From Candidatus Omnitrophota bacterium (lineage in GTDB: Bacteria; Omnitrophota; Gorgyraeia; Gygaellales; Profunditerraquicolaceae): 64,000 nt of DNA. Positions 29,960-39,975 of this stretch are shown one piece after another. The translations under genes and the position numbers were made by a program. Under the pieces are notes generated by a model. It was not told where the DNA came from. It was given only the letters and a program-made list of their open reading frames with translations, and did no database searches. The stretch spans positions 118-64,117 of the forward strand of contig JADHWA010000001.1 of the NCBI GenBank assembly GCA_016783715.1. Direction: 5' to 3'. Position 1 is the stretch's first letter. Every line of letters begins with the position of its first letter.

Positions 29960-30510
29960 CTTTTTACCTTATGCTTTCTATCATTTTTCTCAGTGAGCGA
30001 AAATTCACAGCCACAATACTTTTGACAATAGATCCCTTCAGCCTTTGCCTGTTGGTGTGCCAGCCTGTATCCGGAACGGAAATCCTCCCAGTAAAAGGGC
30101 ACCCCTGTTTCAGCCGAGATATCCTGGCCTATCTTCTTTAAACTATCCTGGTCCTGATGAGGGCTGACTAAAAGCGTAGTCGTAAAATGGCTAAAGCCGC
30201 GCTCTAAGGCATTGAGTGCAGTCCTCTGTAACCGCAGTGACCAACAGATCAAACAACGTTCCTTCCCTTCTTTCTGATTGCCGATCGCCTGATAATACTC
30301 ATTAGGATCATATCCGGGATAGATCATCTCGGCACCGTTTATCTGGCTTAGTTTCTCCACCGCATCTCTTCTGCGCTGATACTCCTCTTGAGGATGAATA
30401 TTCGGATTGTAAAAGAACCCGGCTACCTGAAAACCCTTCTCCTTCAGGAGGTTCTGCGGCCAGATCAGACACGGTGCACAACATGTATGAATGAGTATTT
30501 TAGAGGACAT
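29956..30510 (-). CDS. queH: epoxyqueuosine reductase QueH (DUF208)
   Basis: LIHTCCAPC N-terminal motif and conserved Cys pattern of QueH; lies 2 genes from queA-tgt. Confidence 0.7.
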   Translation of the reverse strand: MSSKILIHTCCAPCLIWPQNLLKEKGFQVAGFFYNPNIHPQEEYQRRRDAVEKLSQINGAEMIYPGYDPNEYYQAIGNQKEGKERCLICWSLRLQRTALNALERGFSHFTTTLLVSPHQDQDSLKKIGQDISAETGVPFYWEDFRSGYRLAHQQAKAEGIYCQKYCGCEFSLTEKNDRKHKVKR

Positions 30511-30545
30511 AGAACTAGAGTGCTGACAGGGGTATTAAAAAAGAT

Positions 30546-31646
30546 TTACTTATCAAATAATTCCGACTGCTTCTGTTTATCTTTTAAACCGAAGTGTTCA
30601 AGGGCAAGCTTAGTCACGATTCTGCCGCGCGAGGAGCGCTTCAGGTATCCGGCCTGTAAGAGATAGGGCTCGATAGTATCAACTATAGTATCGACTTCTT
30701 CATTCAATGAGGCAGCTAATGATTCTACTCCCACCGGTCCGCCGTCATAAACCTCGATAATCGTCTTTAGAACTCTGCGGTCGCAATCATCAAAGCCGGC
30801 TTTATCAATCCCCAGCTCATCCAGGGTCCCGGAAGCAGTCTCTAAATCAACCTGGGAGAGTCTCTTTACCTGAACGTAATCTCTTACCCGCCTCAGCAGG
30901 CGATTAGCGATCCGGGGGGTGCCGCGGGAGCGATTAGCGATCTCAATTGCAGCCTGATCCCCGACCTTAAGCTCTAGTGTCTTGGCGGAATGTTTGATGA
31001 TCTGCCCCAAGTCTTCCTGCTTATAAAAATTCAAATGATAGAAGATGCCAAACCTGGCCCGCATCGGTGCGGCCAGCAACCCGCTTCTGGTAGTGGCTCC
31101 GATAAGGGTAAAGGGCTTGAGGTTAAACTTGATCGTCCTGGCAAACTGCCCTTTATCAATCACAAAATCGATCTGGAAATTCTCCATCGCCGGATACAGG
31201 AATTCCTCGACTACCTTTGAAAGCCGATGGATCTCGTCAATAAAGAGGATATCGCCTTTCTCTAGATTAGTAAGGATACCGATTAAATCCCCTGCCCGCT
31301 CGATTGCCGGGCCAGAAGTTGCGGTAATCTTGGTTCCCATCTCTTTTGCCACAATATGGGCAAGTGAAGTCTTTCCTAGCCCGGGAGGCCCTGAGAAGAG
31401 CACATGCTCCAGAGGTTCTTTTCTCTGTTTTGCCGCAGTTAGGCATACCTTAAGGTTACTAGAGACTTCCTTCTGGCCGACAAATTCAGAGAGTTTCTTC
31501 GGCCGCAGCGAAATATTCAGAACTACATCCTCTTCGGACTCCTTTTCGATATCGAGGATATCGGGCCTGTGCAGGTCGTCTTTTACCGGGGGTGCTTTCT
31601 TTACCGAGGATGCGTCAATTAGTTTGTGTCTGGTCTGGTCGCTCAT
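30546..31646 (-). CDS. ruvB: Holliday junction ATP-dependent DNA helicase
   Basis: LRPKKLSEFVGQ..GPPGLGKTSLA. Confidence 0.9.
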   Translation of the reverse strand: MSDQTRHKLIDASSVKKAPPVKDDLHRPDILDIEKESEEDVVLNISLRPKKLSEFVGQKEVSSNLKVCLTAAKQRKEPLEHVLFSGPPGLGKTSLAHIVAKEMGTKITATSGPAIERAGDLIGILTNLEKGDILFIDEIHRLSKVVEEFLYPAMENFQIDFVIDKGQFARTIKFNLKPFTLIGATTRSGLLAAPMRARFGIFYHLNFYKQEDLGQIIKHSAKTLELKVGDQAAIEIANRSRGTPRIANRLLRRVRDYVQVKRLSQVDLETASGTLDELGIDKAGFDDCDRRVLKTIIEVYDGGPVGVESLAASLNEEVDTIVDTIEPYLLQAGYLKRSSRGRIVTKLALEHFGLKDKQKQSELFDK

Positions 31647-32373
31647 ATGGTATTATATTATTAATGTTGCGGGTAATCTCTATCTCTTGGAATAAATCTT
31701 TCTGTACCGCAACGATCTCCTTCATCCTGATCAACTCCAATATTGCCAGGAAAGTTACGATAATCTCCAGCTTATTCTTGGCCTGCGAGAATAATTCCGA
31801 TATTCCGATCCGTTTCCTCTCAAGCAGAAGATGCAGAACAGAATGCACTTTTTCTTCTATGGTAAATTCATCTTTAAAGACTTCGTAGAATACCTCGCGG
31901 GGAACTTCCTCTAAAGCCTTAGAGAATGCGCTGATCAGATCAAAGATACTCGCCTCAAAATAAACCTCGTCGTCTGCGCGGATCTCTTTCTTATCAACTG
32001 TCTTCGGGCGTTTGAAGACTTCCTTCTGGCCACTCTCCCGCTGGCGTAATTCTTCGGCAATCTCCTTGAATTTCTCGTACTCCAGCAGCCGCTTCACCAG
32101 TTCTGCCCGGGGATCTTCCTGCGCCTGGTCTGGCTCCTCGGTTTCGGCCGGAAGCAGCATCTTCGATTTAATCTGCATCAGAGTAGCGGCCATAACCAGG
32201 AATTCGCCGGCGATGTTTAGGTCAAGCATTTTCATCAACTCAATATACCCCATGTATTGATCGGTAATCAGGGAAATCGGGATATCATAGATATTCAGAT
32301 GATCCTTCTTTACCAGGTATAGCAATAAATCAAGCGGCCCCTCAAAAATATCCAGTTTTATCTTATAAGTCAT
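31615..32373 (-). CDS. scpA: segregation and condensation protein A
   Basis: FEGPLDLLLYLV N-terminus. Confidence 0.8.
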   Translation of the reverse strand: MTYKIKLDIFEGPLDLLLYLVKKDHLNIYDIPISLITDQYMGYIELMKMLDLNIAGEFLVMAATLMQIKSKMLLPAETEEPDQAQEDPRAELVKRLLEYEKFKEIAEELRQRESGQKEVFKRPKTVDKKEIRADDEVYFEASIFDLISAFSKALEEVPREVFYEVFKDEFTIEEKVHSVLHLLLERKRIGISELFSQAKNKLEIIVTFLAILELIRMKEIVAVQKDLFQEIEITRNINNIIPYERPDQTQTN

Positions 32374-32375
32374 CT

Positions 32376-33356
32376 TTATATATTGATAAGTTTCTTAACC
32401 TCCGACATGGTTTTTTCTGCGATAACTGATGCCTTTTTTGCGCCTTGGTCTAAAATATCGTCTAACTTTAGCTTATCCTTGAGGAGTTCTTTTCTCTTCT
32501 TCTGGATCGGCTCTAAGAATCTAATTAACTCCTGCGCCAGTTCTTTCTTGCAATCCGTACATCCAAGCGATGCCTCCCTGCACCCCTGGGCGATTTCTTT
32601 TGATCTTCCGGGAGCAAAGACAGTATAGTAGCTGTGCAGGTTACACTTTTCGGGGTGGCCGGGATCGTTGCGTCTGACCCTGGCAGGATCGGTAAACATC
32701 TTCTGAATCTTGACACGGATATCCTCGGGAGATTCTGAGATTGCTATTGTGTTATTATAACTCTTGCTCATCTTGCGGCCGTCGGTCCCCAGTAACTTTG
32801 AAGACTTAGTCAGCACCGCCTCCGGATCAGGAAATACCTTCTCTTTATAGAGATTGTTGAATTTTCTGGCGATCTCCCTGGTCAGTTCCAGATGAGGAAG
32901 CTGGTCACCGCCGACGGGAACCGCCTGCGCCTTATAGACCAGGATATCGGCAGCCTGCAATACCGGATACCCCAGAAAACCGTAAGTACTAAGATCGCGC
33001 CCCTTGACCTCCCGTAACTGCTCCTTATAAGTAGGGCAGCGTTCAAGCCAGCCTAAAGGTGTGATTATCGATAGAACCGCATAAAGCTCGAGGTGCTCTT
33101 TGACCCTGGATTGAATAAAAATGGTGGATTTTTGGGGGGAGATGCCGCAGGCCAGCCAATCAATGACGTTATCACGCACATTTTCCCCGAGATCCTTGGG
33201 GGACTCATACTCTGACATAAGTGCATGCCAATCCGCAACCATAAAAAGGCAATCATACTTATCCTGCAACTCGACCCAGTTCCCCAATGCTCCCACCAGA
33301 TGACCCAGGTGTAGTTTACCTGTGGGACGCATTCCGCTTAATATACGCTTTTTCAT
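32376..33356 (-). CDS. trpS: tryptophan--tRNA ligase
   Basis: SGMRPTGKLHLGH HIGH motif, KMSKS. Confidence 0.9.
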   Translation of the reverse strand: MKKRILSGMRPTGKLHLGHLVGALGNWVELQDKYDCLFMVADWHALMSEYESPKDLGENVRDNVIDWLACGISPQKSTIFIQSRVKEHLELYAVLSIITPLGWLERCPTYKEQLREVKGRDLSTYGFLGYPVLQAADILVYKAQAVPVGGDQLPHLELTREIARKFNNLYKEKVFPDPEAVLTKSSKLLGTDGRKMSKSYNNTIAISESPEDIRVKIQKMFTDPARVRRNDPGHPEKCNLHSYYTVFAPGRSKEIAQGCREASLGCTDCKKELAQELIRFLEPIQKKRKELLKDKLKLDDILDQGAKKASVIAEKTMSEVKKLINI

Positions 33357-33357
33357 T

Positions 33358-35478
33358 TTATAACTTTCTGGCTATCTTTTCGATCTCGAAAGCCTCGATT
33401 ATATCCGACTGCTGAAGGCTCTCAAATCCTTTTAAGGTAATCCCGCACTCGAACCCCTCAGCTACCTCCCTTACATCATCCTTAAAGCGTTTGAGGTTTA
33501 GGATATTGCCTTCGTAGAGGACTTCGCCGTTTCTCACCAAGTTTACCGTCGCACTTCGGGCAATCTTACCCTTAGTAACAAAACAGCCGGCCACTGCTCC
33601 GGAGCGTGATAAATTAAAGACTTTTCTGATCTCGGCTCTCCCTAAGAAATTTTTCTTTATGGTTGGTTCCAGCATCCCCTCCAGCGCTGCCTTAATCTCT
33701 CTAGAGAGCTCATAGATAACATTGTATATGCGCACCTCTACACCTTCTTTTACTGAAAGCTCCTTGGCCAATTCATCCTGTTTAATATTAAAGCCTAGGA
33801 CAAGAGCATCTGAAGCAGCCGCCAGGATCACGTCCGAAGAATTAATATTTCCTACACCTTCATGGATAATGGTGAGTTTTATCTCGGAATCCTTAACCTT
33901 GGTGAAGGTATCTTTGATTGCCTCCAGGGACCCCTGGACATCGGCCTTAATGATCAACTTTAACTCCTTGATCTTCCCTTCTTTAATACTACTATATAAG
34001 CCCTCCAGGCCAATATGCTTGATCTCTTTGACCTGAAGCTGCTTTTCTTTCTCCTGGCGTATTAGAGAGATATCTTTTGCCTGCCTGTCATCGTCAAATA
34101 CAAAAAACTGCTCCCCGGCAGCAGGAATTCCCGAAAGGCCTGCTATCTCTACCGGATATGAAGGCGGGGCAACTTCTACGGCGGCTCCATGGTCATTAAA
34201 CATCCCGCGAATCTTGCCGTAAAATTTACCGATTAAGATATTATCGTTGAGCCGCAGGGTCCCATTCTGGACTAATAATGTAGCAACCGGACCGCGGCCC
34301 TTAGACATCCTAGCTTCGATCACGATCCCCTTGGCCAATCGATCAGGATTGGCTTTGAGCTCAAGCATCTGGGCCTCTAAGAGAATCATCTCCAGGAGAG
34401 TATCGATACCCTCGCCGGTCTTTGCCGAAACCCCGACGATGATAGTCTTTCCTCCCCAGTCCTCTGCCAGGAGATCCATTGAGGATAACTGTTTCTTTAC
34501 CCGGTCCAGGTCTGCCTGGGGTTTATCAATCTTATTTATGGCAATAATAATTGAAACACCTGCGGCGCGGGCATGATCAATCGCCTCTTTAGTCTGAGGC
34601 ATAATACCGTCATCAGCTGCCACAACCAATACCACCATGTCGGTAACGCTGGCTCCCCGGGCACGCATAGCAGTGAATGCCTCATGACCCGGAGTATCCA
34701 AAAATGTGATCTCACCGCCGGACAGATTCACTCGATATGCACCGATATGCTGAGTTATCCCGCCGTGCTCTTCATCAACTACCTTTGATTTACGGATAAC
34801 ATCTAAAAGCGAGGTCTTCCCATGATCAACATGCCCCATAAAGGTCACTATCGGCGGCCGGGATATCAGCTGCTTAGGGGTATCCTCCTGCTGATGCAGT
34901 TTTAATGCCTGCTCTTCCTGATCAGGGGCTTTTTTAATCTCAAAACCCAGTTTTTCCCCCAGCATAAGCAAGACAGATTCTTCTAATCTCTGGTTTATGG
35001 CAGCCATCACCTTCATCCCCATAAGCATTTTGATCAGATTTGAAGGCTTCTCCTGCAATTTGACTGCCAGGTCTTTTACCGTAACCGGAAAATTTATCTC
35101 TAACTCTTTTAAATCCTTTTTCTTTTCCGCAGGGGCTCCAACAGTTACCTTTGGCTGCTCCTGGACGACTGGTTCCGGCTTCTGCTTCTTAAGGGCAACG
35201 GAGGCGGCCGGTTTAATGATCTTCTCTTCTACTGTGCCCTGCGGCGCAACTGGTACAACAGGGGCCTTTTGTTTCTTGGGAGCCGGTTTTGTTATCTTGG
35301 CCCTGGTTTTCTTAGGAGCCCCGGTCTTAGCTGTCGGCTTTGCGTGAACCTGGGTACTAGTTTTAGCCGCCGAAGAAGCCTTAGAAACCGGCTTAGCGCG
35401 CTTAAGTTTAACAGCGCTTGCCTTTGCCTTAGGCTTCTTTACTGATGCCTTTTTTTCCTTCTTAGGTTTTGTAACCAT
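33358..35478 (-). CDS. infB: translation initiation factor IF-2
   Basis: GHVDHGKTSLLD G-domain, Lys/Ala-rich N-terminus. Confidence 0.9.
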   Translation of the reverse strand: MVTKPKKEKKASVKKPKAKASAVKLKRAKPVSKASSAAKTSTQVHAKPTAKTGAPKKTRAKITKPAPKKQKAPVVPVAPQGTVEEKIIKPAASVALKKQKPEPVVQEQPKVTVGAPAEKKKDLKELEINFPVTVKDLAVKLQEKPSNLIKMLMGMKVMAAINQRLEESVLLMLGEKLGFEIKKAPDQEEQALKLHQQEDTPKQLISRPPIVTFMGHVDHGKTSLLDVIRKSKVVDEEHGGITQHIGAYRVNLSGGEITFLDTPGHEAFTAMRARGASVTDMVVLVVAADDGIMPQTKEAIDHARAAGVSIIIAINKIDKPQADLDRVKKQLSSMDLLAEDWGGKTIIVGVSAKTGEGIDTLLEMILLEAQMLELKANPDRLAKGIVIEARMSKGRGPVATLLVQNGTLRLNDNILIGKFYGKIRGMFNDHGAAVEVAPPSYPVEIAGLSGIPAAGEQFFVFDDDRQAKDISLIRQEKEKQLQVKEIKHIGLEGLYSSIKEGKIKELKLIIKADVQGSLEAIKDTFTKVKDSEIKLTIIHEGVGNINSSDVILAAASDALVLGFNIKQDELAKELSVKEGVEVRIYNVIYELSREIKAALEGMLEPTIKKNFLGRAEIRKVFNLSRSGAVAGCFVTKGKIARSATVNLVRNGEVLYEGNILNLKRFKDDVREVAEGFECGITLKGFESLQQSDIIEAFEIEKIARKL

Positions 35479-35502
35479 AAACTCCCTCTGGTTGCAATTT
35501 GT

Positions 35503-36756
35503 CTATTTTTTAAAATCCTGGATTAATTTCTCCGCCTTCTTCTTACCGATTCCCTTGACCTTAACTAAACCCTCGACTCCGGCATCGAGGATATCCTTCA
35601 CACTATTAAAACCTGCCTCTTTCAGATTTTCAAGGGTTTTTTCGCCGACCCCGGAGAGACCCTCCAGAGAGTCAGCTTTGCTTGCGGGTTTCTTCGGTTT
35701 GGCCTGAGCCCCTTCTGCTGTCTTTTTCTTTTTAGTCTTCTGGGCCTTCTTCTCCTTGGGGCCTTCTGCCTCTGTCGCCACTTCTTCTTCTGCCTCTTTG
35801 GCAGGAGGCGTTTTTGTACGAATATCCAATTCCCAGCCGATTAGCCTTGAGGCCAGGCGGACATTCTGGCCGTGCTTTCCTATCGCCAATGAAAGCTGAT
35901 CATCATCAACGATTACCTCCGCCTTCTGCTTCTCCTTTTCCATTTTTATCTCGGAGATCTTTGCCGGCGAAAGCGCTGCCTTGATATATTCACGGATATC
36001 TTCATTGTAGCGCACGATATCAATCTTCTCTCCCTGGATCTCATTAACGATATTCCTGACACGGTTACCGCGCATGCCGACACATGCCCCTACCGAATCG
36101 ACCTTATCGTTCTTGGAAGAGACAGCGATCTTTGTCCTTTCTCCTGCTTGCCGTGCGACCGCTCTTATCTCGACAATGCCTTCGTAAATTTCAGGAACCT
36201 CCAGCTCAAATAACTTCTTTATCAGGTTGGGATGGGTTCGCGAGAGGATAATCTGTGCGCCCTTTGATTCTTTCTTAACCTCTAAAACGAATGCCCGGAT
36301 ACGCTGACCCTGCTTGTAATCCTCCTTAGGAGATTGTTCTCTGCGCAGAAGCAACCCTTCTGCTTTGCCTAAGAGGTCTATAACGATATTCCCCTTCTCA
36401 AAACGATAGACCACGCCCGAGACAATCTCCCCGACCTTTCCCTGAAAGTCGTTAAAAATGATCTCCTTCTCGGCTTCACGGATCTTCTGAATAATCACCT
36501 GCCTGGCGGTAGAGGCTGCGATCCTGCCGAAATCAATCGAGTCAACTTCTCGCCTATTCTCACCATTTTCTACATAGGCATGGATCTTTCCGCTATTACG
36601 ATCCAGGCTGACACTCAGATCCTCACCCGGTTTGACGTCTATGACTTTACGTGCCGCGCTTAAAACCGCGGCCTCTACGGTCTCAACCAAGACCTCTTTC
36701 TTTATCCCTTTTTCCCTCTCCATCTGCTCAAGTATTGCTAATAATTCCTGGCTCAT
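35503..36756 (-). CDS. nusA: transcription termination/antitermination protein NusA
   Basis: S1 and KH domains, C-terminal HhH. Confidence 0.9.
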   Translation of the reverse strand: MSQELLAILEQMEREKGIKKEVLVETVEAAVLSAARKVIDVKPGEDLSVSLDRNSGKIHAYVENGENRREVDSIDFGRIAASTARQVIIQKIREAEKEIIFNDFQGKVGEIVSGVVYRFEKGNIVIDLLGKAEGLLLRREQSPKEDYKQGQRIRAFVLEVKKESKGAQIILSRTHPNLIKKLFELEVPEIYEGIVEIRAVARQAGERTKIAVSSKNDKVDSVGACVGMRGNRVRNIVNEIQGEKIDIVRYNEDIREYIKAALSPAKISEIKMEKEKQKAEVIVDDDQLSLAIGKHGQNVRLASRLIGWELDIRTKTPPAKEAEEEVATEAEGPKEKKAQKTKKKKTAEGAQAKPKKPASKADSLEGLSGVGEKTLENLKEAGFNSVKDILDAGVEGLVKVKGIGKKKAEKLIQDFKK

Positions 36757-36789
36757 TTGATCACCACTCTCTTTCTTGGATACAATTTC

Positions 36790-37248
36790 TTAAATTTCCC
36801 GTTTTGCCTTGTTAATCTTCGATAAAGGTACCTCTAACTTAATCTCCCCCGCATCAACAAGAACTCTCTGGTCTTCTACTCCTTGAATCTGGCCTGCCCA
36901 CTCTAATTTGCCCTCTAAGGGCTCACTTAGAAAGAACCTCACCCGCTTATTAATACAGCGCGCGAAATCCTCTTTTCTTTTTAAGGGGCGATCGATACCG
37001 GGTGAGGAAACCTCTAAAAGATAACTTCTATCTAAACAATCGCTAAGATCTAGAATCTTGCCGATCTCCTGATTCAGTAAAGCACACTCCCCCAGATTTA
37101 TGCCTCCCCCGGGCCTATCTACAAGAATCCTTAAGACCAGATTATTGCCTTCCTGATGATGGGTCAACTCTATTAACTCCAGGGCCTGCCCAGAAAGATA
37201 CTCTCCGATAATATTCTCTAGTTTTGCGGAAATTTCATATCTATCCAT
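36790..37248 (-). CDS. rimP: ribosome maturation factor RimP
   Basis: DUF150 pattern; start placed at ATG 37248 (GAAGGAG 5 nt upstream). The track GTG start at 37269 lies inside the repeat hairpin. Confidence 0.8.
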   Translation of the reverse strand: MDRYEISAKLENIIGEYLSGQALELIELTHHQEGNNLVLRILVDRPGGGINLGECALLNQEIGKILDLSDCLDRSYLLEVSSPGIDRPLKRKEDFARCINKRVRFFLSEPLEGKLEWAGQIQGVEDQRVLVDAGEIKLEVPLSKINKAKREI

Positions 37249-37260
37249 TAGAACTCCTTC

Positions 37261-37345
37261 AATGAACACATAACTTAGCGAGTAATAGCGAAGCTAAGTT
37301 ATAAGTGTGAATTGAATCCGCCAGGCTTTGTGGCGGATAAATGTT
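37261..37345. repeat. type-B repeat element (proS 3' end to rimP start)
   Basis: AATGAACACATAACTTAGCG..CGAAGCTAAGTTATAAGTGTGAATTGAATCCGCC..GGCGGATAAATG; the second hairpin is inside proS coding sequence. Confidence 0.65.
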
Positions 37346-38567
37346 TTAATAAATTTTCTTTCTTATCGATAAGTTTTTTGCCTGTGCGGCGCGCCTTTAA
37401 TTCCAGCTTGCCTGTTTCTAAAAAATCTTTCCCGATAATTACCTGATATGTAATACCTGAAAGGTCGGCATCCTTGAATTTGACTCCGGCGCGCTCATCA
37501 CGGTCATCCAGAAGAACACTTACTCCATCCCTCCGGAGCACTCCGTAGGACTCCTCTGCCTGCTTAATAATTAAGCTATTTGTTACATCCAGAGGCAGAA
37601 TTAGCACCTGGTAGGGGCTGACTTCCGGCGGCCAAATGATCCCGTTTTGGTCATGATTCTGCTCGATCGCCGCCGATATTATCCTTGATACCCCGATCCC
37701 GTAACAACCCATTATAATCGGTTTCTTACTTCCTTTGGCGTCTAAGAATTCGGCATTTAGAACACTGCTGTACTTAGTCCCTAATTTAAATATGTGACCG
37801 ACCTCCAGCGTATTAGTCTTTTTTAATTCCCCTTTGCACTTGGTGCATTTATTGGCTTGTTTCTGGTCGCAGGGAAAAGCTGAATTACACCCCGGACAAT
37901 ACATTAGGGCATCCTCTCCGAAACCGGCCGGGACCATGAATTCGTGAGAGACGCTACCCCCCATTACCCCGGGATCTGCTTCTACGCAGAGACAATCCAG
38001 GCCGCATCGGCTGAATATCCTCTTATAAGCCTCTAACATCAAATTGTAGTTTTTATCTAGCCCCTTCTGATCCTGATCAAAGCTATATGCATCCTTCATA
38101 ATAAACTCGCAGCTTCTGACTAAACCAAATCTCGGCCTGATCTCATCGCGGAACTTGGTCTGTATCTGATACAACAGCAGAGGCAGCTGTTTATAGGAAG
38201 AGATATGGCTCTTTACCAACTCGGTAATAACTTCCTCATGGGTAGGCCCCAGGCAAATTTTGCGGCCCTTGCGGTCGGTAAAACGAATCATCACCTCTCC
38301 CATGTCCTTATCGCGCCCACTCTTCTGCCATAACTCCTGAGGCTGCAGCGCAGGAAGCAGAACCTGCGCGGCACCGCTATTATCCATCTCCTCACGGATA
38401 ATCCTAGTGATATTCTCCAGGACCCGCCAGCCCAAAGGTAGGTATGAATAAACTCCTGCCATGAGCATACGGATTAGACCGGAGCGCAGCAAGAGCTTTT
38501 GACTAACCGACTCTGCCTCTTGCGGTGTCTCTCTAAGTGTAGGAATAAATGTCTTTGACCAGTACAT
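37299..38567 (-). CDS. proS: proline--tRNA ligase (short form lacking the INS editing domain; internal C4 zinc-ribbon-like insert)
   Basis: class II aaRS motifs, anticodon-binding C-terminus; CPGC..CTKC insert; the last ~14 codons overlap the repeat element. Confidence 0.85.
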   Translation of the reverse strand: MYWSKTFIPTLRETPQEAESVSQKLLLRSGLIRMLMAGVYSYLPLGWRVLENITRIIREEMDNSGAAQVLLPALQPQELWQKSGRDKDMGEVMIRFTDRKGRKICLGPTHEEVITELVKSHISSYKQLPLLLYQIQTKFRDEIRPRFGLVRSCEFIMKDAYSFDQDQKGLDKNYNLMLEAYKRIFSRCGLDCLCVEADPGVMGGSVSHEFMVPAGFGEDALMYCPGCNSAFPCDQKQANKCTKCKGELKKTNTLEVGHIFKLGTKYSSVLNAEFLDAKGSKKPIIMGCYGIGVSRIISAAIEQNHDQNGIIWPPEVSPYQVLILPLDVTNSLIIKQAEESYGVLRRDGVSVLLDDRDERAGVKFKDADLSGITYQVIIGKDFLETGKLELKARRTGKKLIDKKENLLKHLSATKPGGFNSHL

Positions 38568-38614
38568 ATTTTAATTGAAGCTCTCAAAAAATTCTTAAAC
38601 CTACAGAGCTTTCT

Positions 38615-38676
38615 GATTACACAGATTAGAGTTAGATTACACAGATTAAACCTTTGATGAATTAATCTGTGTAATC
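38615..38676. repeat. GATTACA-box element (between the CpaF-like ATPase and proS)
   Basis: GATTACACAGATTA x2 direct, TAATCTGTGTAATC inverted (14-bp TIR-like). Confidence 0.7.
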
Positions 38677-38711
38677 GGTTTCTCTTAATCTTTTAATCAT
38701 ATGATTTTTTA

Positions 38712-39974
38712 TTAATCCTTATTAAAAATCTCTTTCGGCAGGGCCACGCCGGCTTTTTTTAGCATTGGGTAAAAACAAGGTACTATTCCCGTAGCCTTCC
38801 AGCGCCCGCGCACTTTTCCGCTCTGCTCAACATCTTCAATATCATAGTAAAAAATATCCTCTAATACCGCCCGACCGTTGGCCAGCCCGTTTACCTGGGC
38901 GATATGGGTAATTTTTCTTGTACCATCCACTAATTGATCCTGCTGAATCAGGATATTTACCGCCGCAGCAACCTGGCGGTGTATCGCATCCAGCCCTATG
39001 GGGACACCGGATGTCAGAATCATAGTCTCTATACGATAAATCACATCCTCCGGGGTATTGGCGTGAATAACCGCCAGGGAACCGGTGTGCCCGGAACAGA
39101 TCGCCTGAAGCATATCCAGGGCCTCGCCACCTCTGATTTCACCCAGGATGATTCGCTGCGGCCGCATACGCAAAGAATTCCTAAAGAGATCGCGGGTCGT
39201 GACCTCTCCTTTGCCTTCGATATTCGGCTGGCGAGTCTCCAGCCTTACGACGTGCTCCTGGAATAAGTGCAACTCCGCAGTATCCTCAATGGTAATAATA
39301 CGCTCCTGGTTATGGATATAGGTAGAAAGCACCCCCAAAGTTGTCGTCTTTCCGGAACCGGTGGCACCGCCTATAACAATATTCATCTTTGCCTTCATGC
39401 AGGCGATCAGAAAATCTGCCATACGCTTATCCAGGGTGCCGACCTTAAGCAGATCCTCCACCTTCTTGATAGTTTCTAAGAATTTCCTGATTGTCACTGT
39501 CACCCCGTCTAAGGCCAGGGGTGGAATTATTATATTTACGCGTGAGCCGTCTTTCAGGGAGACATCGGTAAAAGGAAAAAACTCATCGACGTGGCGGCGG
39601 GTAGGCATAAGGATCTTATCAACCAGGTGCCTAAGCTGATCCTCGCTCTCAAAGGTGGCTTTGCTTAGCTGCTTATGGCCGTCTTTTTCAATAAAAATCT
39701 TCTTTGCGCCATTGATCATGATTTCGGTAATCGTTGGGTCATTTAAGAGATCCTCGATCGGCCCAAACCCGATAAATTCGACTAAGAACTCATTCATCAA
39801 CGCCTGCCTGTCATTCAACGGGACAAGGATATTCTCATCCTGGGCAAGATCGTCGAATATCTCACTAAAGGCTCTTCTTAATTCACCCTCATCGAACTTT
39901 CCCTGCTGAGAAAATAATCCGCGGTAATCGGTTATTAACTTTTTCTTGATCTTCTCTTTGAGCTTTTTATCCAT
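38712..39974 (-). CDS. CpaF/TadA-family (VirB11-like) secretion ATPase, orphan
   Basis: GGATGSGKTTTL Walker A, ITIEDTAEL, His box; no pilus or secretion partners in the window. Confidence 0.75.
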   Translation of the reverse strand: MDKKLKEKIKKKLITDYRGLFSQQGKFDEGELRRAFSEIFDDLAQDENILVPLNDRQALMNEFLVEFIGFGPIEDLLNDPTITEIMINGAKKIFIEKDGHKQLSKATFESEDQLRHLVDKILMPTRRHVDEFFPFTDVSLKDGSRVNIIIPPLALDGVTVTIRKFLETIKKVEDLLKVGTLDKRMADFLIACMKAKMNIVIGGATGSGKTTTLGVLSTYIHNQERIITIEDTAELHLFQEHVVRLETRQPNIEGKGEVTTRDLFRNSLRMRPQRIILGEIRGGEALDMLQAICSGHTGSLAVIHANTPEDVIYRIETMILTSGVPIGLDAIHRQVAAAVNILIQQDQLVDGTRKITHIAQVNGLANGRAVLEDIFYYDIEDVEQSGKVRGRWKATGIVPCFYPMLKKAGVALPKEIFNKD

Positions 39975-39975
39975 C

